Position numbers and translations under genes: made by a program. From Kiritimatiellia bacterium (GTDB taxonomy: Bacteria; Verrucomicrobiota; Kiritimatiellia; CAIQIC01; Lenti-01): a DNA stretch of 64,000 bases. A model generated the notes under the pieces. That model had not been told where the DNA came from. It did not search any database and saw nothing but the letters and a program-made list of their open reading frames with translations. Positions 1-11,500 of this stretch are shown here, in pieces. The stretch is taken from contig JAXGNL010000006.1 in assembly GCA_040768005.1 (NCBI GenBank), positions 9,395 to 73,394 of the forward strand, read 5' to 3'. Position 1 is the stretch's first letter; every line of letters starts with the position of its first letter.

Positions 1-1
1 C

Positions 2-736
2 TCCAAGGCGGATGCTCAGCACAATGCCGCGATTTTCCGCAAAGCGGATTCGCAGATGCGGCTGACCGGTCTTCCTCGAAACGATTGGCTGGTTTCCGGC
101 CCGTCGTCGTATACCGGGCCGATGAAACGGCAGCACGCGGAATGCCTGCGTCAAAAGGCCGGCCGCCGGCTGGTTCTCTATGCCCCCACGTTCCGCGCCT
201 ATTATGCCGCGGACAGCCGGCCGGATTCCATCCGCCTCAGTCCCATTCTGGCGGGAGAATCCGGAGCCTTGATCGATTTGCTAGCCCGGCAGAACGCTGT
301 ATTGGGGGTGCGGCTGCACCATTATGATCAGCGCCAGGCCGACGGGATTCTGAATCCCGCCATTTTGAACTGCGGGCATGCCGAGTATCCGGAGGTGGCG
401 GCGCTGCTGGCCGAAACGGATTTGCTGATTTCCGATTATTCTTCCGTCTGGGTGGATTATCTGCTGACCGGCAAGCCGGTGATTGCCTTCCAATACGACC
501 GGGACGTCTACGATCACAAGCGGGGAATCGTCTGGGATGAGCGTTGCATCTTTCCCGGGCCGGTTGTCGAAAGCATGGATCAGCTCAACCGGGAAATCGA
601 GCGGCTGCTGACCACGGGCATGACGGAAAAAGAACGATGGCACTATGAGCTGAGCCGCCGTTTTTTCCATGAATTCGACGATGGCCGTGCGGGCGAACGG
701 GTTGCCGCCGTGATGCGGGATCTGCGGAAGGTCTGA
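2..736 (+). CDS. CDP-glycerol glycerophosphotransferase family protein (TagB/TagF-like), 5'-partial
   Basis: Motifs TGLPRND, VLYAPTFR, RLH and DLLISDYSSVWVDY; the frame is open back to the window edge. Confidence 0.88.
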   Translation, partial: SKADAQHNAAIFRKADSQMRLTGLPRNDWLVSGPSSYTGPMKRQHAECLRQKAGRRLVLYAPTFRAYYAADSRPDSIRLSPILAGESGALIDLLARQNAVLGVRLHHYDQRQADGILNPAILNCGHAEYPEVAALLAETDLLISDYSSVWVDYLLTGKPVIAFQYDRDVYDHKRGIVWDERCIFPGPVVESMDQLNREIERLLTTGMTEKERWHYELSRRFFHEFDDGRAGERVAAVMRDLRKV

Positions 737-905
737 ACGCCGGCGGGAGGGGGCAGGGGACAGTGGCCTGGTGTCGGTCTGGCGGCTGTTCCTAATCCTG
801 AATACAGCACTTGCCCAACAGAGTGTTGCATATGCTCCAATGTTCAGGAAGAATCCAGGCATAATGGACGTTGTATAAAGGCCTGCGGTGCGGTATAAGA
901 AATCC

Positions 906-1100
906 ATGAAACGCGCCGCCGTCAAAACCGTTCGGAAAGGGAGTCAGTCGCTGCGGGACGACTACGTCCCGGGCGGGTCACAGCGCCGTCTTGCGTTGGT
1001 TTGGCCGTTGACCCGCGAAGTCGCGGCTTGGTGCAAGCAGTTGAATGTTGAACAGAGACTACAAAGAGATGTTGCAGTGCTTGAACGACGAGGGCGTTAA
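906..1100 (+). CDS. Small hypothetical protein, partner of the DUF6036 nucleotidyltransferase
   Basis: RLALVWPLTREVAAW...EQRLQRDV resembles the short proteins found upstream of DUF6036 genes; overlaps the next gene. Confidence 0.6.
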   Translation: MKRAAVKTVRKGSQSLRDDYVPGGSQRRLALVWPLTREVAAWCKQLNVEQRLQRDVAVLERRGR

Positions 1101-1512
1101 GTTCCTCCTCGTTGGAGCCTATGCGTTGGCGGCCCATGGCTATCCCCGGGCCACCATGGATATCGACCTATGGGTCATGCCTTCGCCGGACAATGCGCAA
1201 GCGGTCCTGCGAGCCTTACGGCGCTTCGGGGCGCCCTTGCATGATCTTTCCGCCGCTGATTTGCTGAGAGACGACACCGTGTTTCAAATCGGAGTCGCCC
1301 CGCGGCGCATCGACATCATCACAGGCGCATCCGGACTCCGATTCGAGGAGACGTTCCACGCCTCATCGCCCATCGAAATCGAGGGTCTTCAAATCCGAAT
1401 TCCCTCGCGCAATGACCTGATCCGCAACAAGCGCGCCTCGGGACGCACCAAGGATCTGGCCGATGCAGAGGCGCTGGAATCGCTTGATCCATCCGATCCG
1501 CCCGGCGAGTAA
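1045..1512 (+). CDS. DUF6036-like nucleotidyltransferase
   Basis: FLLVGAYALAAHGYPRATMDIDL NTase motif and C-terminal NKRASGRTKDLAD. Confidence 0.85.
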   Translation: MLNRDYKEMLQCLNDEGVKFLLVGAYALAAHGYPRATMDIDLWVMPSPDNAQAVLRALRRFGAPLHDLSAADLLRDDTVFQIGVAPRRIDIITGASGLRFEETFHASSPIEIEGLQIRIPSRNDLIRNKRASGRTKDLADAEALESLDPSDPPGE

Positions 1513-1518
1513 TCCGTT

Positions 1519-1875
1519 CAGGAGACAGGAGACAGAAGGGCAGGGGGTAACTCAATATCCAATGTCCAGCAAGGAATGATCAATGTCCAAGGGGGCGGCC
1601 AGGGGGGCAGGGGACAGGAGGCAGGGGACAGGGGGCCGAGGTCCGAAGTCCGAGGACGGAGGTCCGCAAGACAGGGAACAGGATACAGGATACAGGGGAC
1701 AGGGGACAGAGGCCGAAGTCGGAGGTCCGGTGGAGAGACGGGTTCCGCCCCGCCCGGGCTGGTGGCGGGGATGCGGACGCCGACGGCGCGGCGTCCCTGC
1801 CCAAACGCAATCCAGGCCATGCACCGAATCGCAGATGCGCCCACGACCAACGACCAACGGCCAACAGCCAACAGA
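1519..1875. repeat. Mosaic of heptamer tandem-repeat blocks
   Basis: Successive blocks based on GGAGACA, AATGTCC, GGGGACA, GAGGTCC/GAAGTCC, GGATACA and CCAACGA/CCAACAG. Confidence 0.85.
1774..1801 (-). repeat. REP-like palindrome (GCAG/GTAG-led)
   Basis: Reverse complement GGCAGGGACGCCGCGCCGTCGGCGTCCG; a related copy lies at 51941-51968. Confidence 0.55.
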
Positions 1876-1947
1876 GAAAAGGCTTGCGTCCTCGGGGGGG
1901 GGGATGAAGAATCCCGTTCATTCGAGCCAACAGGAACTGGAGCCGGC

Positions 1948-2430
1948 ATGAACGACCCGAAAACCGTTTACGTGGGGATGAGCGCGGATTTAATCCATCC
2001 GGGCCATTTGAACATTCTGAGCACGGCGCGGGGGCTGGGCCGGGTGGTGGTGGGGCTGTTGACGGATGCCGCGATCGCGAGCTACAAGCGGCTGCCGCAC
2101 ATGACGTATGAGCAGCGCAAGGCGGTGGTGGAAAACCTCAAGGGCGTGGACGCGGTGATTCCGGAGACCTGTTGGGAACAGAAGGCGGACGACGTCCAAC
2201 GGCTGGGAATCGACATTTTCACCATGGGCGACGATTGGGCCGGCAAGTTCGACTTCCTGAAGCCCCATTGCGAAGTGGTCTATCTGCCGCGGACGCCGGA
2301 CATCTCGACTTCCAGCCTGAAAGCCGAACTGGACCGATTGCGGGCGGTGCAGGGGGTGTTGGGGCAGCTGCGCGCGGAAGACTTGAGGGATCTGGTCGGG
2401 GTGCTGGACAAGATCGTGCACCTGAAGTGA
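1948..2430 (+). CDS. Cytidylyltransferase (glycerol-3-phosphate cytidylyltransferase-like C-half, PEP-mutase-associated-like N-half)
   Basis: HPGH motif, [13 protein letters not shown] and [11 protein letters not shown]; start taken at ATG 1948 after GGAG. Confidence 0.85.
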   Translation: MNDPKTVYVGMSADLIHPGHLNILSTARGLGRVVVGLLTDAAIASYKRLPHMTYEQRKAVVENLKGVDAVIPETCWEQKADDVQRLGIDIFTMGDDWAGKFDFLKPHCEVVYLPRTPDISTSSLKAELDRLRAVQGVLGQLRAEDLRDLVGVLDKIVHLK

Positions 2431-2521
2431 ATGCACCCAAACGAGGGTCTGCAACAAGACGATTCATGACGGGCCCAACGAGGGGGTTTCTCCGGCGGGA
2501 TCTGCCCTTGAGAGAAGAAAG

Positions 2522-3730
2522 ATGAGCACTGTTTACACCAGATTGAAACGGATCATCCCCGCCGCATGGCGCGGGTGGATTGTGCGGCATGGGGTTGGAT
2601 TGTCTTGCTTTGCTGCGGCAGTGCGGACGTTTCTGCGCGCGCGGCTGACGCGCCGTCCCCTTCTGCTCGTCGGGAGTCATACGGCCATCTATAACAGTAA
2701 TGCGTATTATTTTCTGAAACACGCGTGCAGGGCTTCTTGGGCCTGCGTGGTGGGCGTGGCGGATCCGAAATCCAACCGGATCATGCTGCGTGAAGGGCTT
2801 CCATGGGTGCCCAAGGGGGGGAGGATGGCACGGAGCCTCGCGCATCGGGCGAAGGCGGTCTTGGGCACCGCGCGGCCCATAACGGACATAGGGCCGGAGG
2901 TGGCTGGCGCTTGTCAATTTCTTTTGTACCATGGCATGCCCATCAAGGGGATCATGAAACGAGACGCGAAGGTCCCCGAGGAATTTCCAGAGATCGAGCA
3001 TGCCATTGCGACCAGTCCGCTGACTGCCGACTCCATGGCTAGTTCATTTGGGCTTCCCCGGGAGAGGATTGCGTGTACGGGCGAACCCAAGACGGATGGC
3101 TTTGTGGATGTCTTACGGCCGGATGTGCGGGCTTGTCTTGGCGGTTCTTTTCGCCGCGTTGTGCTGTATGCCCCGACCCACCGGGATGAATTGCTTTCCC
3201 GGCCGGGGGGCAGCTTGACGACGGTGGGCATCATCGAAAGCGTAGTCGGGTCGCCGCAGCTCCGAGAGGTGCTGTGCCGGCAGCAGGCCTGCATGATCGT
3301 AGCGCCGCACCCATGGATGCGCAACATGATCAAAGCGCCCATTCGACCGCCGTTCTTTTTTTCCGTTGATCTGGACATGTACACGGAGCACTTGATGGCG
3401 GCGGCGGATGTGTTGGTCTCCGACTATTCCAGTGTCATTCTCGACTGGCTGCTTCTGTCCCGCCCCCTCTTGCTGTATTGTCCGGATATCGAAGAGTATA
3501 AGAGGAATCGGGGGTTTCCCTACTTTGACTTCGAGCAACTGTTTGAGCGGATGATTCATCGGGACCTAGAGGCATTGGCCGCGGGGCTGGAGCGGAATCT
3601 GACGGGGCAGAAGCCCGACCCGGAGATGGACAAGCTGAAACGCCTGTTCCACCAGTATGATGCCGGAGGCGCGGCGGAGCGGGTACTGAAGCGTTTGCGG
3701 GGGGTACTGGAACAATCTGTACAGAAGTGA
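2522..3730 (+). CDS. CDP-glycerol glycerophosphotransferase family protein
   Basis: YHGMPIK, TGEPKTD, VLYAPTHR and DVLVSDYSSVILD. Confidence 0.9.
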   Translation: MSTVYTRLKRIIPAAWRGWIVRHGVGLSCFAAAVRTFLRARLTRRPLLLVGSHTAIYNSNAYYFLKHACRASWACVVGVADPKSNRIMLREGLPWVPKGGRMARSLAHRAKAVLGTARPITDIGPEVAGACQFLLYHGMPIKGIMKRDAKVPEEFPEIEHAIATSPLTADSMASSFGLPRERIACTGEPKTDGFVDVLRPDVRACLGGSFRRVVLYAPTHRDELLSRPGGSLTTVGIIESVVGSPQLREVLCRQQACMIVAPHPWMRNMIKAPIRPPFFFSVDLDMYTEHLMAAADVLVSDYSSVILDWLLLSRPLLLYCPDIEEYKRNRGFPYFDFEQLFERMIHRDLEALAAGLERNLTGQKPDPEMDKLKRLFHQYDAGGAAERVLKRLRGVLEQSVQK

Positions 3731-3861
3731 ATGAGGTTGAAAAAGCCTGGAAGTGATGCGGGACGGATATGACACTCCACCTCAAGATGAAAGATGATCC
3801 AGGCGGGGACGTGGAGCATGGCCGGAAGATCGCCTGCATCGAGCCGGAGTCGCCGGGAGCC

Positions 3862-4872
3862 ATGGCGGAACTGGTCGGCCATGTGTCCGTTGTGATACCG
3901 GCATACAATGCCGCCGGAGTGTTGCGACGCGCAGTGGACAGCGTAATGGAGCAAACCGTCCGAGTACGCGAGATCATCATTGTGGACGATGGTTCCACCG
4001 ATGGTACGGCAGATTTGGCGAATTCGCTGGCGGCAGAACATGCGGGCTGGATTACATGGATTCAGCATCCCGACGGGAAAAACCACGGAGTATCCGCCGC
4101 CCGCAATTTAGGAATCGCCCACTGCCGAGGTGAATTCATTGCGTTTCTGGATGCCGATGACGAATGGCTTCCCGGAAAACTGGACGCCCAACTACGGGTG
4201 TTCGCGCAGCAGCCCGCCGTTGGGCTGGTGCACACCTTCGTTGATTTGAATAAAGATCCGTTCGCTTCTTCGCGCATTGCGCACATCCCGCCCCTGAACC
4301 AACGCCAGGTTTCGCAGCCGTACGATTGTCTCGACACATTGCGGTTCATTCTCGAGAAGCGATTTGTTATCTATCCCTCCACCGTGATGTTGCGAAGCCG
4401 GTTGATGCAATCGATCGGTTTTCATGAGGGGATGCATCGTGGGGAAGATATGCTCTTGTTTGCCATGTTGGCGGTGCAGACCGAGTTCTAGACCGTAGCC
4501 GTACCCCTGTGCCGGTATTGGTTAAGCGACACGAGCTCAACGGGCATGATCGTGAATCAGGGGGGGGGGCAGGATATCGTCTGGCTGGATGTGCAAATCC
4601 GAGTATGCCGATTTTTAAAAACACAAGCAGGTTTGAGAGAATTTGCCCTTGAGCAGGCACAAAAGATCATCCCGAATCAGATTCGGTGTTGCCGACAATT
4701 GCTCGGTGACCGCCGGTGGCGCGGCCCCTTGATTCGTTCCGTATTGCGGTTTGTTGTGTTCTTTCCTGGCCCCTTTACCGCCTGGCTATGGGCATGGGTT
4801 CGGCGAAAACTGATGGTGAACAGAAGCCGAACCAATACGGCGGAGGAAAACGCGGACACGCGGACACGCTGA
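3862..4872 (+). CDS. Glycosyltransferase family 2, frameshifted near 4490
   Basis: VSVVIPAYN, VDDGSTD, AARNLG, FLDADD and GED motifs; continues in ORF 4546..4872. Confidence 0.8.
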
Positions 4873-4899
4873 AAGGGTCCGGCGCGCGGGGATTGACAT

Positions 4900-5092
4900 T
4901 ATCGCAGTGGCCGCTGAAATGGTCACAACCAATTGAAGCAGATCTGACGAACTGGCGCGAACATATTGGCGAGTGCGGTGCTGAGCAGAGGCTGGCGCAA
5001 ACGCTTCAGACCGGTCTGAAAACCAACATGATCCGGGCAAAGGATCTGAAGCGAATCAATGTGGACACCACGGTACAGGAAAAGGAGATCCG
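4900..5092 (+). pseudogene. IS5-family transposase fragment
   Basis: WREHIGECGAE...LKRINVDTTVQEKEIR matches the region of the first catalytic Asp of IS5 transposases; both ends are missing. Confidence 0.7.
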
Positions 5093-5585
5093 GCCTGAGT
5101 GGTGCCGGATCCGGAAGCCATGAAACAAGCCGTCCAGGAGGTCGTTGAAGAATCCCGCGGAGTTTTCGGAGGCGAGGAGGCCAGATCCGGGATCAGTTGC
5201 TCTACCATCCGGGGCATGCCGCGGAGAAGGCGGCTCAAATCCTGCTGGATCTGCTGGAGGAGCCGGAGGGGAGATAGCGGGGACCGGTTCGGGCCTGATC
5301 GGGGTCAGATCTGCTCCGGGGACGTCTCGAACAGACCGGAGAACCGTCCGCAGCGCCCACGGGAGGAGGCATGGATCTGTTTTCCTCACCGGGGCAGGGC
5401 CATGGAGACCTGATGTCCGAATCTCCTGCCTGCCGGAACAATCCCCCTGCCGCGACAAGCAAAAAGGGGGCAAAAAGGGGGGGAGATTGACTTGTCAGGG
5501 GGCACGGCACTGTATTATATTCAAATTAAGGCGTATAGCGGGGTGATGGAGTCTCCCGGCTGTCCGTTCCTGCGAGGATGACCAA

Positions 5586-8500
5586 ATGAAATCACGAATT
5601 TGCCTGTTGGGTTTTATCATGTGTTTGGCGGCGGGGCCGATGGCCGCTGGGGCGGCCTCGTACACCAACGAGCCGATGCCGAACGGCGGTCGTGTGAACG
5701 TGGGGCTATACGGGGGGACGGCGGAGGCGAGCAAGAGCCGGACGGACGACTGGCTGTTTGCCATGACTTTCAACGATGGGGGCAACCTGATGCAGACGAC
5801 ACGTTTGGAGTGGGCGGGCGGCAACCTGGGGCCGGGAGCAACGGTCAACCTGGAGTACAGCACGAACAATGGTGCGGAGGCTGGAGCACGATTACAAACG
5901 GCTGGCGGCGACGAACGAAGGCTATACGTGGGTGCCGGCCTTTGCCCATGCGGCGGTGTTGTGGCGGGTGGTGAACGCCACCAACGCGGCCTGCACCTCG
6001 ACGAATGCCAAGCCGTTCAGTGTGCGCCCGGCGACCAACACGGCGTTCAGTTTCTACGTGAACGACGGCAGCACGGCCAACGACGTTTATTGCTCGGCGG
6101 TCGGTGCCGCCTCCAACCTCGGGGTGGCGTCGAACGCTCCCAAGGCCAGCCTGATGGGGATCCTGACCAACTATTCGCTGCGGGGGGGCGATGTGGTGTA
6201 TGTGGACACGGGAACCTATGCGGGGCAGACCGTGGTGGTCGGAGGATTCGACTCGGGCCGCGCGGGCAGTCCGGTGCGGATTCTGGGCAGCCCCAACGGG
6301 GTCGTTCTCGACCGGATGTCGGCGGCAACGGTGCTGGACATCAGCGGGGCCAGTTTTCTGGAGATCGAGAACCTGGCTCTGACCGGCGGCAGCGCCGGGC
6401 TGTACGGGAGCGGGGCGAGCGACATCACGCTGCGCAACGTGCAGTTCCGGGACAACCAGACGGGCGTGAGCCTGGCGGGAGCGGCGGTGCGCCATGTGTT
6501 CGAACGCTGCCTGGCGGCGAACAATTCCAGCCATGCCTTCCTCAGCAGTTCCACCGCGGTGAGATCCAACCAGTGGCTGAACGGGGTGATGTGGAACAGC
6601 CAGGCGATCATTCATGCGGCGACCAACCAGGCGCTGGCGGTATCGAACAGCATCCTGGGCCAGGCGGGAACCGCGCTGTTCGGCAATCAGGCCGTGGCCG
6701 GCAACCACAACGTGGTCTGGGGCCTGCCGCTGACCAACGGCGTGGGCGGCGGCTACGTGAAATTCACGGTGCTGCAGAGTTCGACGCTGGGCTGGGACCG
6801 GTGCGCCTATGCGGATCCGCTGTTTGCCAACACCGCGGGCGGCGATTATCACCTGCGGAGCCCGGCCGGTCGCTATGACACCAATCTGATGGATTTCGTG
6901 ATGACGGATACCAACGCTTCGCCGGCGATCGATCTGGGCGATCCGGCGGCGGATGTGACGGGGATCGAGCCCGATCCCAACGGCGGCCGGCTGAATGCCG
7001 GGCTGTACGGCGGGACGGCGCAGGCGAGCCTGAGCCGGACCAATGCGTGGCTGCAGCTGCTGACCTATATGGACGGCGCGCCGCTGTCGGCGACGGACGG
7101 GGCGTGGGTGCGGTGGGACGGCGGCCAGTACGAGACCAACGCGACGGTGCGGATTCTGCTGTCGCGCGACAGCGGCCTGACCTGGGAGGTGCTGGAAACC
7201 AACGTGACCGCCAGTCTGGGGTCCTTTTTCTACCAGGAGGCGGAGCCGGACAACACGTCGTCGTATTCGGCGAGGCTGCGGGTGGAACTCGAAGACGATC
7301 CGGAAGCCGGCAGCGGCACCGGCAGCGAATCGCCGATGGATTTCATCTACCGCAACGGCTCGTTCGCTTATTACATCAACGATGCGTCCACGGCCGGAGA
7401 CATGTACTGCGGGGCGCCGGGCAGCGATTCGAATGTGGGGACGAGTTCGAACCTGCCGATGGCGAATCTGCATGCCCTGGTGGCCAAATTCATCACCTTC
7501 GGCCCCGGCGACCGGATCTACATTGATACGGGGAGCTACACCGCCACGAATCCGGTGGTGCTGGGGCCGGCGCAGTCCGGGACCCCGTCGGATCCGATCG
7601 TGATCGAGGGCAGTACGAACCGGCTGGCGGGCGGGACGGTGTTCGGGGCGTCGGGAACCGCCCGGCCGATGGGATTTGAATTCCAGTCGGGGGCATCGAA
7701 TCTCGTGCTGCGCGACATCATCGTGACCAACCGGCAGACGGGGATCCTGATGGGCACCGTCTCCAACCTGCTGCTGCACCGGGTGGAGGTCCGCGGCGGC
7801 ACGAGCCGGGCATTCGATCTGAACGGATCCCGGCATGTGACGCTGTCCAACTGCGTGGCGCACGGCGGGGGCGCCGGGGTGTATCTGAACAACGCCCGGG
7901 TCATTGCCATCCGGCACGGCGTGTTCTGGGAGAACTCGCCGGCGATCCAGCGGGCCTCGGGGACCGACGGGTTTGAGGTGCGCAACAGCATTCTGGGATC
8001 GACGCGAACCGGCGGGACGCTGTTCAGCCTGAATTCGGCGACCGGATTCACGTCGGACTACAACGGCCTGTATGCCGGACCGAATACGCGGGTGGGCACC
8101 CTGGGGGGGACGGCGGCCGACAACGCGGCGGCCTGGCAGAGCCTGACCGGCGGCCAGGACCGCCACAGCGTGCCGGGGGAGCCGCAGATGGCGAACCCGG
8201 GTGCCGCCACGGCGGAGGAATTCGCCTATGATTACCATCTGAAGACGGAAGAGACGCTGGGACGCCTGCGTCGCGACGGCACGCGCAAGAACGATACGAC
8301 GTCGTCACCGCTGCTGGACGCGGGGGATCCGGAAGGAGGCGCCGGAGAAGAGCCGGAACCCAACGGAGGGCGGGTCAACATCGGTGTCTGGGGCGGGACG
8401 GAAGAGGCCAGCAAGGCGCCGTCCACCGCGCCCTGGCTCAAGACGGTGTCGTTCGGGGATGGCGGCAGTGTGTCTTCGGGCGTGATCCGTCTGGTCTGGA

Positions 8501-11500
8501 CGGCCGGCGGCGGGTTCAGCAACCAGACGGCAACGGTGGAGGTGTCGGTGGACGGCGGCGAAAGCTGGGCATCTCCGCCGGCGGCCACCAACGTGCCGAT
8601 CACCAACGGGTGGGCGGACTGGACGGTCGCCGGTCTTCCAGCCACGCCTGGCGGGGCCTGGCGGGTGGTGTGTGAACAGAACACCAACCAATGGGCGCTC
8701 TCGACAAATTTCTTCGCCATTCGCACCAACGGTTCTCTGGATCTGTACGTGGCCACCGTGGACACGAACGAGAATGTGTATGCCAGCGGGGCCGGAGCAA
8801 CGAATCACTGGATGGCGAGCATCGAGGCACCCATGCTGTCGCTGCGGTCGGTGTTCGACCGGTTCGACCTGGAGCCGGGGGACCGGATCTGGGTGGATCC
8901 CGGGGTCTATCCGGAGGACGAGACCATCGCGGTGGGGATGAAGAATTCCGGATCGGCCGCCAGCCCCGTGCGGGTGATTGGAGACACCAACCGGCCCTAC
9001 CAGGGGACGTTCCTGGCGCGGACGGCGCGCACCACGGGGTCCAGCGTGTTCCAGATTTCCCGCGCGGGCGGGATTCATCTCGAAGCCCTGACGGTCTCCA
9101 ACGCCTGGAGAGGGATCCGGGTGGACAACACCGGGAAGGCGGTTCTGGAGAAGGTCCGGGGCGTATCCTGCGGAACCAACACCGTGGAGGCGGGGGCGGG
9201 GGCGAATCTGGAACTCAGCCGCGTGATTCTGGAAAAGAGCCTGGTGTCCGGGCTGCACACCTTCACCGGGGCGACGGTCACGGTCCGGCACAGCCTGTTC
9301 CGGGACCACGCGCTTGCCGGATTCTTTCTGCGGGGCGGCAGCGTGGAAGTCCGGAACAGCATTCTGGAGGCCGAGGGGGCCGGCCAGCATGTGTTCTACA
9401 CGGGAGGGCCCACCGCCCTGGATTCCGACTACAACAACGTCCGGGCGACGGACGGCGCGAACGTGGCGGGCGGCGACAATCAGCCCGACGACCGGTTCCT
9501 GATCGACTGGCAATTGAATGCCGGGCAGGACCCGAGCAGTTTCGGCTATGCCGCGCTGTTTGCGGATGCCGGCGGCTATGATTTCCACCTGAAGAGCGAA
9601 TACGGGCGGTTCGATCCCGCGGAGGGCGCGTTCACAACCAACGACACCGAGACGTCGAGGCTGATTGATCTGGGGGATGCCGCGCCGACGAACGAGCCGT
9701 CGCCGGATGGCGGAAAAGTCAACGTGGGGCTGTACGGCGACACGCCGGAGGCCAGCAAGAGCTCGGGAACGGGAGCGCTGGTGCCCCTGACGATGTCCGA
9801 CGGCGGCACGATCCGGGGGGATGCCACGCTGTATTGGGCGTGGATCGGGCTGGCGGGGAACGAACGGGTCACGGTGGATTTCTCCTGGGACGGCGGGGTC
9901 AGCTGGACCAATATCGCCGAAGCGTATGCCGACGACGGGACCACGGGGCTGCCATGGGCCACCACCAATTTCCAGAGCACGGCGATGGGGGTGTGGCGGG
10001 TGTGCACGACCAACGGAGCCGTTTGCGGCCAGACGGAGACGCTGTTCGCCCTGAAGAACGATCCGGCGAGCTATTACATCAACGACGGCAGCGCGGAAGG
10101 CGATGTGTACTGCACGGACATCGGCCGATCCACTCACAGCGGGCTGAGTTCCAATGAACCGCTGAATTCCCTGGCGACGCTGCTGGCCCGGTACAAGGTG
10201 GAGCACGGGGACACGGTGTACGTGGACACGGGCGTGTATCCGCGCTCCACCCCCCTGGAGATCTCGATTTCCAGCGCGGAAGCGGTCAGCCCGCTGGTGA
10301 TCCAGGGGAGCACCAACGAAGCCGCCGGGGGAACGGTGTTCACCAATTCCGGCGGGGGAGCGGTGCTCACGCTGCTGAACAGCCGGAACGTGGAACTGCG
10401 GGATCTGCGGCTGCGAGGCGGCGGCAAGGGGCTGCTGCTGAATCAGGCGAGTTCCAACCGGATCGTGGGGGTTCGGGCGGAGCACACCCGGGGCAACGCG
10501 TTTGAACTGGGGCTGCGCTCCGACCAGAATGATTTTGTCCGCTGCGCGGCGCTGCACTTCATGAGCACGGGCCTGCATGTGGCAACGCCCCTCACGGTCC
10601 AGACGCCGTCGGCGACCAACCGCTGGTCGTTCGGGGTGATCGCCTCGCGGGGTCTGGACACCAACGGCATTCCCGCCGCCACCTCCACCCTGGTCGGCGT
10701 GAAATCCGGCCGGCTGACCGTCAGCAACAGCGTGCTGGTGGCGCAGGGGCCCCTGGACACGGTGTACGACCTGGGGCCGGATGTGTTCGGAGCGGATTAC
10801 AACGCCTACCACCGGGTTCCCGGCGCCCTGCTGGCCCGCGTCAGCCGCGCGGCGGTGTTCGGCATCTCCAGCCTCCAGATGGATCATCTGAACACGTGGG
10901 CGGCCTGGAGCGGGGCCGACTCGAATTCGCTGGCCGCGGATCCCCTGTTTGCGGATCTTGACGGAGGGGATCTGCATCCCCGAAGCGAGGGGGGGCGCTG
11001 GGACTGGAGCGCGACAAACTGGGTGGCGGATGATGCGACGTCTCCGCTGGTGGATCTGGCGGATCCGGCGGCCGACTTCGGCCTGGAACCGACGAACAAC
11101 GGCAGCCGCGCGAATCTCGGGGTGTACGGCGGAACGGCCTTCGCCAGCCGGTCGCCGGCGGAACCGTCTTTTGTCCTGCTGGCGCTGAACGAAGGCGGGG
11201 TGGTCAGCAACACCGTCACGCTGAAGTGGCAGGCCCGCGGGGCGGCGACCAACGGCGCCGCCTCCATCTGGCTGTCCACCAACAGCGGGGCGAACTGGGA
11301 CCAGATCGGCACCAATCCGGCCGCGGCCGGGAGCTACGCGTGGGACACCACGACCAACCGGAGCATCCCGACGGCCCGCTGGCAGGTGCGGCATCTCGTG
11401 ATTCCCGGAGTCGAAACGGAGTCCGACCGGGATTTCCTGATTCACAACGAGCCGCTGATCTACTACGTGAACGACGGATCGCTTTCCAACGACCTGTGGT

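Noticed and set aside
1576-1947. 124-aa N-terminal extension of the cytidylyltransferase ORF
   Set aside because: It is translated heptamer repeat DNA; the family match and RBS start at 1948
5487-5521. Sigma70 promoter for the giant gene (TTGACT/TTGTCA ... TATTAT)
   Set aside because: Plausible, but the spacing is ambiguous (15-20 nt), so it is not reported as a feature
5870-5910. Programmed frameshift or phase variation at the start of the giant gene
   Set aside because: No slippery heptamer or long homopolymer; two nearby 1-nt losses fit the sequencing-error pattern seen elsewhere
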